In this document: piece after piece, positions 23,934 to 37,100 of the stretch
How positions within the stretch are numbered: position 1 is the first letter of the stretch
How the letters are laid out: every line of letters starts with the position of its first letter
Notes under the pieces: model-generated
Told to the model about the DNA's origin: nothing
Databases searched by the model: none
What the model saw: the letters and a program-made list of their open reading frames with translations, nothing else
Origin: Calcarisporiella thermophila CBS 279.70
Taxonomy: Eukaryota > Fungi > Calcarisporiellomycota
DNA: 62,156 bases
Direction: 5' to 3'
Assembly: GCF_041956535.1 (NCBI RefSeq)
Contig: NW_027192216.1
Span: 393,073 to 455,228 of the forward strand
Made by a program: the position numbers and the translations under genes

Positions 23934-25799
23934 TCATGCAAAAGCCGACCATGCTGTGTCGGATTCCGTTCCTCTCTCATAAGCCACCTCTCCTTCCTCC
24001 CCCTCGGTCTCTCCCATGTCGACATCCCGCCCGGCCTCCATATCCGAGTCCAGCATGGCCTCGTTGGCCACCTCAGCGATCCGACCCTTCCTCGCCTTGG
24101 CTCCCCCCGGATTCACGTTCCTGTCGCTGCCCGACCCCAAGTCCCCCTCGTAGCCGGCCATCCTGGCCCCAAACTCTGGAGGCTCCGCTTCAGCCACCGC
24201 AGGGAACGGATTTTTGCCGGAGAGCACGAGCGCCTTCTGCGCAAAGTCCAGGAATCCTCGCACGAAACCTTGGTCGATCAGGGAGGAGAGCAGGCACACG
24301 ACATCTTCATCGGAGAAGGCCGGGTCTCCGGTGGAGAGGAGAAACGCGGTTTTGAGGACGGGAAAGGGGATGGGAGTGGGCTCATGTTTTCGGCCGTGCA
24401 ATAGCCATCTAGCCAAAGGGGGGGGGGGGTTAAGAAGGACGCGTGAGTATGGGTGAAACTACGCGCTTAAGCTGTGTTATCCAGAAAAGGGCTTACATTC
24501 GCCGCACCAGAGATCGGTATACCAGTATTTCCCCCCTCATTTCAAACATCCTCAGCGCCAGTCGAGACCGCAACCAGCTCTCATGAACTGCCAGCTGCCG
24601 CTTGAACGCCTGCATACTTCCCTTCCGCATTGCCTGGCAAATATCCCAGTATATACCCAACCCATACCGCACCAGAATGTCGCGCCGCGGTAGAGAGCCC
24701 AAGAGGATGCACGGAATCACCAGATAGCCCAGAATCACCCGCCGGTTTTTCTCCTCGTGCACTGGACAGTACCGGAAGGCGTATTCGAGATCTCTTTTTG
24801 CCTTGGGCAGTTGGTTCTGGAGCAGGTGAAATCGTCCCAGCCAATACCTAAAGGTGACACGGTCTGCAAGGGGAAAATCGGCGCCTGACAGGCGGGTCGA
24901 CTGCAGACTATTCATCATCATGCGGACGATCTGTCGGGTCATCCCCGCTAGGCGGAAGAAGCATTGAAGCGAGAGGCTGACGAGATGGCACGCGACAAGG
25001 CGTTTTGAATGAGGCATCGGAGAGCGATCGCTAACCGCGGTGTTGAGGAGACGTGAGAGCAAGTAGGTTGCGTTGTCTGATTTCGGCTTCTTAACAAGGA
25101 ACTGCCTTGATTTATCAGCCTGCAAAAAGGAAAGCCGAGCAGAATGGAGGCGCGAAAAGTAAGGATAAAAGGCAATTGAAATGCGACACGCAAAATCAAA
25201 ATTTGCTTACGCGATAGGCAGCGTTCACCAGCTGTGTAGCGAGATATTTTGCAAGATGCACCATCCACTGCGTTTCTGCCCCATTAAACACATTGGTAAA
25301 GTTGCTATGCGAAGAAAATGTTTCAACCACATCAGAGGTATTCTGCATCGCCCCCCCCCCTACCATGAGCAAGAATGGCAATAGTTACCTAAACATTATT
25401 TTATAAAGTTCGTAGGCTCCGTCGCCATCACGATCGCGTGAATTTTTGAGGAGCTGTAAATAGGCAGACACGAAGTCCGCGTAGGCATACGATTCTGAAA
25501 AGAGCTGCTCACACATGGACTGTATGGATTCGTTGGACTATTTTCAAACAGAAATGAGCATATAACATAGCCACTTGGCCCTTCTCATGAGCATGTAGAC
25601 AGGGTGGGGAGGATAAATAGCATACCACATTCGGAAGTTCGGCCATCAATCCGGAAGGATCGTAGCCTCTTGTGGGGGCTCGCAATCCAGTCCGGCCATT
25701 GAACACAAAGAGATCCAGCATCTTTGGCTCATTGCATTCCTCGTAAGCAGAGGCAGCACGATTAAGAAAATCCTCGACGTACATTTTCGTGCTGTACAT
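23934..25799 (-). CDS. PCI-domain protein, PCID2/Thp1/Csn12 family
   Basis: VTFRYWLGRFHL...LEYAFRYC...KNRRVILGYLV...LLGSLP and winged-helix CLLSSLIDQGFVRG...LVLSGKNPFP; multi-exon. Confidence 0.85.
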
Positions 25800-26010
25800 G
25801 CACTGACTTGATTAAATCCCTATGCACTTTCCAGAGAATTTGAACTCAAAACCTTGTAGTAGTAATGCCTCCTTATTTTAATCGTTCAAGTATTTTTTTT
25901 TTTTGGAATCGCTACAGGTATTTTACCGTGTAATTGGCCACCACACCATTTGTTTATCTACGTGACGGCCTTTCTCATTCTCACACGAACCTCTCGAGCT
26001 AATCTTCATA

Positions 26011-28106
26011 ATGATCACACCGTCATTTCATCTCTCACAGGACAACGACTTCCTCACCATCACTATCCATACTCCTTACATTCGGGTAATGTTCCGCCCA
26101 TTTTTCTAACGATGAGCCCAACATTAGACGAATTTTTCTTTTTAATGCGTAAAGAAAGGCTCAAGACGTAGAATTCTTTGTAGATGGAAATGAGTTCAAA
26201 TTCCACCTAAGGCCCTACTTTCTTCGGTAATATGATGGTTCTGCTGTATAATTTGTTAAGCCATCGATGATTAAATTTGCATTCCGGGCAGATTAACGCT
26301 ACCGGGTCGCGTAGTGGAAGATGAGCGGGCCTCAGCATCCTATGACGTTCAGACAGGCGACATTACCGTCAAACTTCCTAAGGAGACTCCAGGAGAAGAG
26401 TTCAAAGATATGGACATGATCACAAAGCTCTTAGCCCGGAAGGGAGAAAGCCCCTCAGGGGGAAAGCCACTCATTGAGGTAGTTGGAGAAGACAAAGTGG
26501 AGGGTGAGGCACTGTTGGACGAAGACAAAGAGAAAGCAAAGGATTTGGAGGTCGAAGAGGGTATGTGCTTTTAAGCTCCCTCTATCTTTTTATACTATGT
26601 GAGCCCATGCCAATAGTCTTTCTCCACCTTGCCTGTAGGGATCGAGTTTGACTGGCAGCTTCCTCAGGAAATCCCCCAGCCCCTTTTGACCAGCACACAA
26701 TACGGATTCAATAATCAGTATCATGGGTATTTCACTCATGTGCAAGAGACCCTCAATGAGATCAACGAGATCCTCGAGCCAGAGACCTCTTCCCCCGATT
26801 CTCGGAGAGCCGACAGATTGGCCGCGGAAGACGCAAAATTCGACGAGGAGTACTATATGTAAAGTCTCAATTCTCTGTGATTGCCTGACATATTGCGGCG
26901 CTGTTTTACGAACTGTGCCTAACCTTTCTAGGTCTGACTTTGTGAACGACGAGGAGATTCAATCTGTCTTGAAGTACAAAACGAAGTGGTGGCGGGAGTT
27001 GAGGAGGATCCAAAAGGAATCTAAGAGGGTGGGGGAAAAGGATTCATCCGAAGATGCCAAGGAGAACCCTCAAGGTAGAAGAGCAAAATCAGTGAAATGC
27101 ATTGGATATGGACACTCATGTTCAATTGGCCCTATCTTTGCCTATTTAGAGAAAGACACGTCTTCGATCATCGCGGATATGAGCGAGTTAAGCATTGGCA
27201 GCCATGATGCCCTAGCCTTTACCGAGAAAGAACGAACGATGATGCTGAATTTACCGAATAAAGAATGTAAGCGTGCTGATTTGGCGGGAATGCTAGCCCT
27301 GTAGCGTTCTTACAAGCTTATATAATCGTTCCAATAGTCTTGATCGACAACGAGAAGATAATCTACTTGGGCCTGGTGGATCTCCTCTTTGCTTACAGCT
27401 ATAACCACCGGTTTACCGAGGGCGAATCCACCGTGGAATCCGCCTGGACCATTGGCAAATTAAGTCCAACCCTGGCCTGTCTTGAGGTAGTAAAGCTTTC
27501 CGTTTAAACCAGCTTCCTCGCCATCGGGCTTATTTGGTGCGTTTTGATCTCATTTTCCCGATAGCAATTTACTACTCTGAACGAGCTATTCATTGCACTC
27601 TATCGCCGCGTGCTTTCCTATCCCCTCTACCGGTCTTGGAGTCTCGCACAACAAATTCAGCAGGACACCTATATCCTTCTCCGATTGGGCCGGCGTGCGG
27701 TCTTAAAGGCGCTTCTGGAAATTAAAGATATCTTCGATTATCACGACGTGTACTATGTATATAGCAAAGTGATCATAGACGATTACTGTGTCTGGCTCCA
27801 GCGAGATTGTAAGGATGCGGTGCTGCGGGCCTTGGCCCACGAAGTTAGAAGAATAGAGGTTGCCAAGGGGGATTTGGGTTGGGATATTGAGCATTTAGAA
27901 AAGGTACCTCATCAATAGCCGCCTATTCTTTCGGGGGAAAACTATTCATCGACTTACTTCTTTTATTTATGTTGTAGATGGCTAAGGAAACCGCTGAGGA
28001 AGAAGAAGAAGAAGGAGAAGAAGAGGAGGAGGAGGAAGAAGAGGAGGAGGGGGAAGATGAAGAGAGAGAAGAGGGGGAGGGTGTGGAAGCAGAGAAAGAA
28101 AGTTAG
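26011..28106 (+). CDS. SHQ1: H/ACA snoRNP assembly factor Shq1
   Basis: MITPSFHLSQD... CS domain, PYFLR|LTLPG, YGFNNQYHGYF, KFDEEYY, TEGESTVESAWTIGKLSP, RRVLSYPLYRSW; acidic tail ending EKES*. Confidence 0.93.
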
Positions 28107-28309
28107 GTCAATGGAAGAGCAGTGGATTCAGGAAATAACAATTTCAAATAAAAAAAATAGAGTAAACAATGAAATAATAGGGATAAATTTTAAACATTGA
28201 GCTCAATAATGGAGGAGATATTATTATCTTAGGAAAAAAAAAGATCAAATACACGTACTCAAAAAAAAAACACAGTATATATAACTTTTTTTTATTGCAT
28301 TCATACGGA

Positions 28310-29611
28310 TCACATATAGGTAATCGTTGTTCCCATCTTAAAGGTCGTCCAAATCTTCAAGAACACAACCTTAAGTACCTCCCATACGCGGCCACGCCCT
28401 GAAAGCGCAATGATTAACAGCACTAACAGAAAGGCAGCCATCTTTGCGGGCAACGCACTGGTGGACTCCAGGTACCGCCCTAAAGACTCGACAAACCGCT
28501 TAACCGCCCTTTCATTCTGACGTGGCTGCTGGGAAATGGTTGTGGTTGAGGAGAGAATCTTATACCCAGCACGTGGGGAGGAAGTGGAGGAGGTAGGGGT
28601 GGTGATAGCGGAGGGAAGCGTGGAAGGGGGAGGGGTCAGTGCATGGAGGTCGGGTTGTGGGATCGGCTGGTTGCCAGCAAGAGCGGTGCCATTGCTTTTT
28701 GTATGTGTTGAATAGCCATTCGCTCGCTCGGGAGAGGACCCATTTTGGTGGTGGTGATGCTTCCCGTTTGGTGTGGAGGGTGGAGAAGGGTGTTTGCTAT
28801 TGGCGGAGCGGCGCGGGGGGGTAGCCAGAGCGGCCGCCTTCGCGCGCGCCTTGAGGGTTTTTTGATGGAGCTTTTCCAGTGTATTTTCATACACCTAACA
28901 AAAAGAAAGATAGGAAATGGGAGAGGTTAGCCCACACCACGGAGAGCAACCACGCAAGTGCAAAATGAAAGAAAAGGCGGTATTCACCTTCTTTTTATCA
29001 GGAGAAATGACCTCGTTATAGTGCAAAAACTCTTTCGCGTAATCCCACTCCTCTAGCCTTGCAAGCACATGCAACACGAAAAGCTCCACTATCTTTTCAT
29101 ACCCCTCTCTCTCCTGGCCATTCTCCATTTTTTCCATCTCTTCATCGGGCAAGCTAGCTAGCCATGCCTCCACGATCTCACGTCCAACCACTGGCACATT
29201 TTCATTCAGCGACAGCAGCACGCATACCACAACAAGTTCGGAATCGATGAAGCTAAGGTCAGAAGCTGTATTATTGTAGGAGAGGACAGTCTGCCAAATG
29301 TCGCGTAAAGCATCGGCAGTTCCCCGCTCTCTAAAGCCCCACCATCGCTCATCAAATGACCGGATTTTGGAGAATTTGGGTTTGTTGCGAAGCACGCCCC
29401 CCGCAATGTGGCAGTATAGCATCCAAACTCCCCTCTTCACTCTTACCCAGTCTTCTGTCTGTGGCTCTCCATTCTTCGCTACGACATCGATCCATTCCAG
29501 TAGTCTGGTGCACTCTACAACTGCGCGCTCGTATTCTTGTAGCAGGAAGACATGGGCGGTTGATTTAATCTGACGTTGTGCCTGACGCACCGTAAGTGAG
29601 GGTGATGTCAT
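28310..29611 (-). CDS. PEX26: Peroxin Pex26-like tail-anchored protein, 2 exons
   Basis: REIVEAWLASLP, YEKIVELFVLHVLARLEEWDYAKEFL, C-terminal TM helix then KIWTTFKMGTTITYM*, resembling fungal Pex26. Confidence 0.75.
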
Positions 29612-30075
29612 TCTTAGGTTCAAGAGGAGGGAGGGGGAAAGACAGATTAGGCCAAGTAACCTTTCATATGAATGATACAGAAACTATTTTTGCCTCTTTT
29701 CTTCGGAAAAAATCAGCCTAGCACGTGATTCGAATGTATCATCAGGGAGAGTTTTCTGAAATAGTTCTGGGATAGTTCGGCTGTTTCCTTCTACAGCAGA
29801 GAGTTTAATGGGGGACCCGAGAAGGCAGATGGCCATGGAGCATAGGGTGGGGTATAGAGCAGGAGGAGCGTATGTAAGAAATAAATCCCTTGCTAGCTAA
29901 ATCGCCCTCTCTCCTCTCATAGCTTCGTTGTATTAACCTCCCTCTCAACTCTATCCCCATTGGGTGGCGCAGTATTTTTATCAACCCCCCTGCTTCCCCT
30001 CAATGCAAACAAAAATTTCACTAGTTCCAACTCCTTAACAGAAAGTTTTGATTTCGAAAGAATCAAAAAAAAAAG

Positions 30076-30701
30076 ATGTTTGCCCTTCGTCGTGTCATTG
30101 CTGCCCCTTATGTACGTGCTGCTGTGCGTCCACGAGCTGTTGCTCGCCCTTTCTCCGTATATGGCGCGAGTCTGAAAGGTATGCATCATCAGTGTCCAAT
30201 CGAAGTTTAGATGGAGGGACTGTGGAATGGTGCCTCTTCATGCTGTTGTACACCTACTTTCCTCTGTCCTCTCCACACTCGTGTGATTGACTGATAATTA
30301 CCTGGTATTGATGGGCCGTCTTTGTATTTCTAGCTTCCACTCCTGCACATCCTGATGTGTCCGAACTCACTGGTCCTGGTGCCCCCGCCGGAAACATTCC
30401 TACCGATGAGCAGCAGTCCACTGGTCTTGAGCGTCTCGAACTTCTCGCCAACCTCCAGGGTAAAGAATTCTTCGACATGTCTCCCCTCGAAATGACCCAC
30501 ATGGGTACAAAGAAGAACCCCATTGTTGTCCAGAGTGAATCAAGCTACCGCTACATTGGCTGCACTGGATATCCCGCCGACTCGCACGACACATTGTGGC
30601 TGACCCTGAGGAAGGAGCACGATTTCGATCGCTGCCCAGAGTGTGGCTGTGTGTATAAGATGGAGTATACCGGCACTGGCGAAGATGAGCACCATCACTA
30701 G
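30076..30701 (+). CDS. COX4: Cytochrome c oxidase subunit (fungal Cox4 / COX5B), 2 exons
   Basis: Arg-rich presequence MFALRRVIAAP..., IPTDEQQSTGLERLE, GTKKNP, RYIGCTG, zinc-site RCPECGCVYK. Confidence 0.95.
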
Positions 30702-31346
30702 GTGGACCACCTGTAGTGTGTAGTGTTTATTTTTTTTTGCAATTTTTTTGTTGTCTTTATTGTTTAATGGAAAAAAATATAGAACATATGCTTTTGATTC
30801 AAAAAATCATTTTCCGTATCTTCACGCCCCAGGTTACAGCCTCACACTTTTCCGATGCATTTGTAGGCACCCCCCCCCTCCCAAGTCTGTAAAATAGAGG
30901 ATAGCTTTAAGTAAGAAGAGAGGAGGAGATTTGGAAGAAACGCCCTCTGCTCGCTATGTTCAGTATTCTTTATATTCATAATAAATTAAATACAGTAAAA
31001 ATTGGTAAAGTTATATGGTTTAGAGGCGAAAACAATAAATATCGGCCAGGGGAAGAAGGAAGAGGGAAAAAGCCAAAAAATAAAGTAGTATAAATATAGG
31101 AGTAGGTATATTTAGACAAGGTTTTATGGGCTTTGTATAGCACCCTATATGATATAGCAAGGAGAGAGGGAAAAGGGGAGTTCCGATTATAAATAGACCT
31201 GAATTTCATAATAAATTATTTCAAAGGTATCAAAAAACCCAACTAAAAAAAAATGATACAAAGAAAATAAAGGAAAGGGCGTGGAGGTCCACGGCTTAGC
31301 CAAACATCCGCTACAGCCTATGGTTTGCATGAGCTCCACGGATTTC

Positions 31347-33041
31347 TTAAAGATAGCCAGAGTTTTCGAGCGCAATCCGATGAATAGAGGCTACGGCAGC
31401 GGGGAAAATAACCCTCGGGTTTTCTGGATCTAGAGAGACATGCAAGGAGGGGAGGTTAAAGTTAAAGTGAGGAGCAAAGAACGGGGATGAAGAGGGGGGG
31501 TGGGTTCTTACCGATATTAATTCCGGTGGTAAAATGGATGTACATTAGTCTCAAGGAGCCTTTGTTCTGATTCGTAAAATACTTCCAAAAGAACCTGGTC
31601 ACCGGGTCGAATTGGTTTGGGCCCCTAAAAAAGAGAGAAGAGGGAGGAGAAAGTTCAGCCAACCGGGGCCATTAGAGCATCAAGCCCAAAGACTTACTTG
31701 TATAGCTCAATATACTTTGAAACCCGGATGCCTCTCTCCATTTTCTCTTGCATCACATCTATCTTGTTCAGAAAGACTACGAAGCAAGCCTTTCTGAGCA
31801 ACGGGTTGGTGCAGAGGGAGTGGAAGATCGACACGGCCTCCTCCAAGCGGTTTACCTTCGGGTCCCAGATGCTCACTTGGTCGTAGGTAGAGAGGGCACA
31901 TACATAGAGGAGACACTCACAGGCCTCATAGTAGGAGCTAATTGTCATAAGAGAGGGGTGAGATGTACGGTGAGGAGAGGGCTGGGCTCCAAGGGAATGG
32001 ATGGGAATACGTACATCCAGTGGTGTCGTTGCGACGAATGTCCCCCAAGGTCGTAGAGGAGATAGTTGTCATTCTTCACCGTGGCTCGACACTCTGTCAT
32101 TCCGATGGTTTGCGCATATGCGTTCACAATGTCTGTATCATTGGGGATATAGCCGCGCTCAGAGATGCGGTCGAGGTCGTCCAGGAAACTAAAGGGGAAA
32201 GGAGATTAAAACCGGAGGCTGGCAGCCCTCACAATAAAGCCGCTTACTAGTGTGCTGAATCCTGCAAACAGGGGTCGATCCTGGTCGTGTACGCATTCCT
32301 GATCGCTTTGTCGGCCCACAGCGCTTTAATGGCGGGGATCGATTTGTGGAAGAGAGTGCTGATGTAGTCCTCCTCTTGCAGCCTACTCCGGGCTCTATCT
32401 TTGACCCGCTCGTCGTCTGGGTTGCGGAACTGGTACACCAGGTTTCCCTTGACCCAGACCGGCTTCGAGAGCGGCTCGAACTTGAGGATGGTTTTATAGT
32501 GCTCGAAGTTTTCGTCCAGGTCGGGGATCTGCCTTTTCTTGTAGAGCCGGTAGCAAAGCGTGTGGATGGTCTTTAGGACATTATGGTAGATGATGTATTT
32601 GTAGAGCTCACGCTCGATGTGGTTGTAGCCGCCGCCGTAGACGACCTGGATCTGCTTCATGATCTACAGGGTGTGGGTTAAGGCAGAGGCAAGGGGGATT
32701 AAAACTCCGTGATCCAATGCAGAGACATTATGCATCCCATACCGAGGTCTTGCCCGACTGCTCCGGGCCTGGAGGGGAATTCAGTGAGACGATCGGGTTA
32801 GCTTCCATTCGAGGCCTCTACCAGCAATTGGCCGTGCTTACTTACCAAGGACTAGCAGCGTGATATGGGTCCGCTTCCACGGCTTCTTCGGGGAAGAGCT
32901 GCTCTTGTCGCGGGAAAATCGAAACCGCACAAATTGCGGCAGGCAGCTCTTCGTTGTCGGCGAGTGACTCAGTCTACTGTTACGCGTGCGGAGGTTGCCG
33001 TCCTCGGAGCGCTCATTGTTGGCAAGGAGGGCCTTTGACAT
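31347..33041 (-). CDS. Divergent heterotrimeric G-protein alpha subunit
   Basis: LLVL|GPEQSGKTS|IMKQ (G1 on a 26-nt exon, 32743-32768), AIKALWADKAI, DSAH, DLGGHSSQRHHW, NRLEEAVSIF, VFLNKID, final exon ...IALENSGYL*. Confidence 0.9.
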
Positions 33042-34106
33042 CACTGCCCGAGTAGGTTGTCGTCCGGTTGGGAGGCTACGATAAGCTCGACAGAGATAAA
33101 GAGCGGCGCGCGAGCGAGAGCGGCTGGCTAGGGGGGGAGGGAAGGAAGCGGGGGAGGGGGGGGAGGGGGAGTGAGAGAAAGGGGAAGGAGCGTCGCAGCA
33201 ATATTGGGAAATAAACGGAAATAGAGTTTGGGAATTTTCTCTCCCACAACACCTCTTGCTCCCCCTAGCGTGCCATCCTATGCTGCATATTACTACAAAA
33301 ACTCTCTTTCTTAGTCCGCCCAGGCGTAACGTTGAATAAAAGCCAAATCTTGGGCCAAAAATCGTTTAAGTTGCTCCTGAAGCATCTTAACTTGTGCACA
33401 TACAAAACACAAAGTACAAAGTTTCCGGCATTTACAGTTTGGAGCGTGGGGTGCACAATCTAATCTCTCTGCCCTTCCTCGGATTCTCACCTCGATCCGG
33501 AATCCGATCCAGATCACTCATGTGATCTAAGATGCGAAAGGGGTTTTTCGTGCTGCGGGAAGCGCTGCCCATATCCCTTATGAAAAATTGGAAATTTTAC
33601 TGTAGCTTTTCAAAGATCTCCCTAAAGAGTTCTCTCTTTGCTGAAGAAAAATATAATGCAAAATGCCATGGCGGTGAATCAGACCCAGGCCTCCGCAAAA
33701 TAGGTGCATCGGAAATCTTGAAATGTCACATTTTTTCATCAAAAAGCATAAGAATAAACATGGTCCCTTCTTGGCAAAATCTCCAAAAACAACACTCGAG
33801 CAGTTGCAATAAAGTAGAATAAAGATAAAGAAATGGGCAAAGGGCTTAACTGTGCGGTTTAAAAAGGCCCTCTTCCACAAGTCCATGTTTAAAAAAATTG
33901 GATGACGTGTAAAAATTAATTTTTATCCAATTTCCTTCAGAAAAAATCGTTTGGAATCTGCACTCCACTAAGATCTATACTTGTTCATTGCTGTACCCTC
34001 ACAAACCATTTGCTTCGACAGCAACAAGTGAATTGGGATCAACTCACCCTACTCTGAACGAGTTGTTTCCGACGCCGTGTTAGTTTCTCTTGAATCCGCC
34101 CCAACT

Positions 34107-37100
34107 ATGAACGATCGCTTAGATCAAGGTTTGATAGATCTTTTATCCATCGGTCTCGAGTCTCGCTATATTAAATTCTCTATTCTCGATTCTTCGCTCT
34201 TTTCCACCTTTTTTGTCCTCGGTTCCCCTCGGCATCCTTTTGTTCCCTCGTCCATTTTATATAGAGGTAAGATTGGCTCATTCTTAAACACATGGTGGAC
34301 GCGTTTGCGGCATCCTGCGTCGAGTTGGATGCTCTTGGTTGCTCCTCTTTCGTCTCTCCTGGCATCCCACTTACCTTCTTCGTGACATTTGCATTAGATC
34401 AACTACCTCATTGCCCTATTCCTTACTACCAGCCCATTCCACCGAGCAGCACACTCCATTCTCGAAGATTTACGAGCACAGCCTGATCTTTTACCGCACC
34501 GACACGATTGGCAGGGGAGAGCGCAACTGTGCTCGTTTGATGAACTGGTAGTTATCGCAAATTCATTTTCTCCATAGGTTTATCGCTCTACCTTGCCTTT
34601 ATTAATCGAATTCTATCAATGGAAATTAATTTATTCAGCGTCAAGAGAACCGGCATGTGGACCCAAGCCATTTGAGGCAACTGTTGCGACGACTCGTCGA
34701 CCATACCAATGCTTTGTTGCCTCCCCCGGCGCCTGGTTTAAGGACCCTCTTAGGGCATGCCGATGGCTCGCTGTTGCGCACCAAGAGCCTCCATGGGCTT
34801 AAACCATGTTTGGCCAAGGGTACGGCGGCCTTACTCAACCGAATGATTCATAACCCACATATTCCTTCCGAAAATATTGGTAAATTGCTTGAATCTGGGG
34901 CCATTTTATTTATTTCTTTTTTCCAGTGACGGATTGACCGTTTCTGCCGCTCTGTAGGGTTGTCTCTAACGGCGCGCGAGCTCGGAGGCAAGCGGCCCAA
35001 GTCTCCAGGTTTCCCGAGATTCCTTCCCAAACATTATGAAAAAGTGAGTGATAGTCCTTCCTAAAGAATGCACTTGTTCTAATTTCACAATCGCGATCAC
35101 AGCTTGTAACCATTCACGGCCATAAATTCCCTGTGTTCTGTGTTACGTTTGATCGCACCGGGATGCGACTGATTACGGTATAACTCACCCTCTGCCCTTT
35201 CTAGATAACCATTGATTAAATAAGCTTAATGGCTATTAAAAACAAAATAGGGCGGCGACGATTACCTGGTGAAGATTTTTTGTGCGCGTACCGGTTACCT
35301 CATGCTGACGCTTCGTGGACACGAGGATGTAATCACAGACTTGGCCATTAACAAAGAAAATACTCTCCTTGCCAGCTCGTCAAACGATGGGGTAATTAGA
35401 GTTTGGAATTTACAAAATGGTTCACCCGTCGCAGTTCTCCTTGGAAACGTGGACTCACAGGTTAGTATGGGAAGAAAAAAAAAACGATACTGCTTGCGTC
35501 GATATTGCTTCTTCTTAAATTGGAAATTATGTTTTGTTTTTCCAACCTCTAGCGCAAAGGGTTCACTTCGGTTCGATTTTCACCGTCGCCAAGACCCGAG
35601 TCCCGTTATCTCGCAGCGACCAGCGAAGATGGCTTCACGCGTCTATGGAAATGGGATCGTAATGGAAACAAGTTCGACTCGCGGAATCCTATCCTCTTGG
35701 ATTGCAAGACTTTCCCCCGGGACGAGGTACAGTGCTTGAATTTTAATCGTTCGGGCACGCATTTCGCTGTTTCAGGCAAAGACGGGTTCATACGCGTCTT
35801 TTCTACGGTACAACCTCCTGCGCCGGACGAAAAAGGAGGTCGAAGGTTAGTGGAGAAGCTCGGAGAGCCGGTATTGGTCGCGCAGCTGGATGGCCATCGC
35901 GCCCCAGTCACTTGTATCGAATTCAGCCACGATGGACAAAAAATCATTTCTGGGTCGCAGGACGGAACAGCGCGGATATGGGTTTACGACAAGCAAGCAA
36001 GGGAGTGGAGTATTAATGAGAAAAACTTGTGCCGTAAGTTCAGTTTGCTGCCTCCGATTGCCTTGATGGGCCCCATTAATTGATGTATGATGTTTGGATC
36101 AGTGAATGTTCAAGCGCAGGATGACCCGGATACCAACCCGCCTGCTGGGCCAGCCGATCTCGCTACCTCCAGCGCAGATCAAGGATCTGCTCAGACTACC
36201 CTAAATGAGCCACAGCCGCCTGTCTCTATAGCCAGCACAGCTGCAACCTCCGCCCCCATGGACGAAGACAGCACTTCTGTTACCCCACACCAGGCGCACC
36301 AGCCGAATACGGACGTTGAAATGGAGCCTGCTTCAGCTGGTAGCGGTCACAGTTTAAACGAGACCAACCCCAATCCTATAGTGCCCAACGTGACAACAGC
36401 AAACTTGAACCCTGGTCAGCCACCTTCAGCTCCTGTCCAACCCGACACAACTTCCACTATCCTCCCTAATGCAAACTCCATCTCCACCGGCCCAAATACC
36501 ACTTCCCTCGATTCGACAGCTGTAGGCGCCGGTGCCAATGCTGGACCAGAATCCCAGCAGCGCAAAACAGTTGAAGTCGGAATGGCGATCTGGAGTCTCG
36601 ATGACCGATATGCCATTGTTACCGCGACCACCGGACTCATTAAAATCTTCTCGACCGATACTGGGGAGCTCTGCCACACTCTTCGCGGCCACACGAAAGA
36701 AGTCTTTGTGATAGTTTCCCACCCGTCGGACCCGCGTATATTTTTTTCCGCTGGGTATGACGGAGTCATATGTATTTGGGATGTCCACACTGGCAAGGAA
36801 ATCAAGCGGTTCGAGTTTACCAACGATCGCACGTTTTTTGACGGGAAGTTCTCGGAAGATGGGCTTATGTTTGCCGTTACCGATCACGAGGGAAGGTGCC
36901 TCTTGTTTGGCGTCGGCCAAGCGAGAGAACGATACGCCGACGCACAGGAATTCAGCGAGGGTGGGCAACAGTTTTGGCTGGATTACGCTCCGACCATCCG
37001 AGACGCTAATTTTAATGTGGTCGATGCCCATTCGCAGGTTGCTCCGCACTTGCTGGAACGGGGTCCTATCCTAAGTTTTGGCATGCTGGAGTATCGAAAG

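Noticed and set aside
33664-33710. Degenerate tRNA-like B-box on the minus strand
   Set aside because: No cloverleaf or A-box; too degenerate to support.
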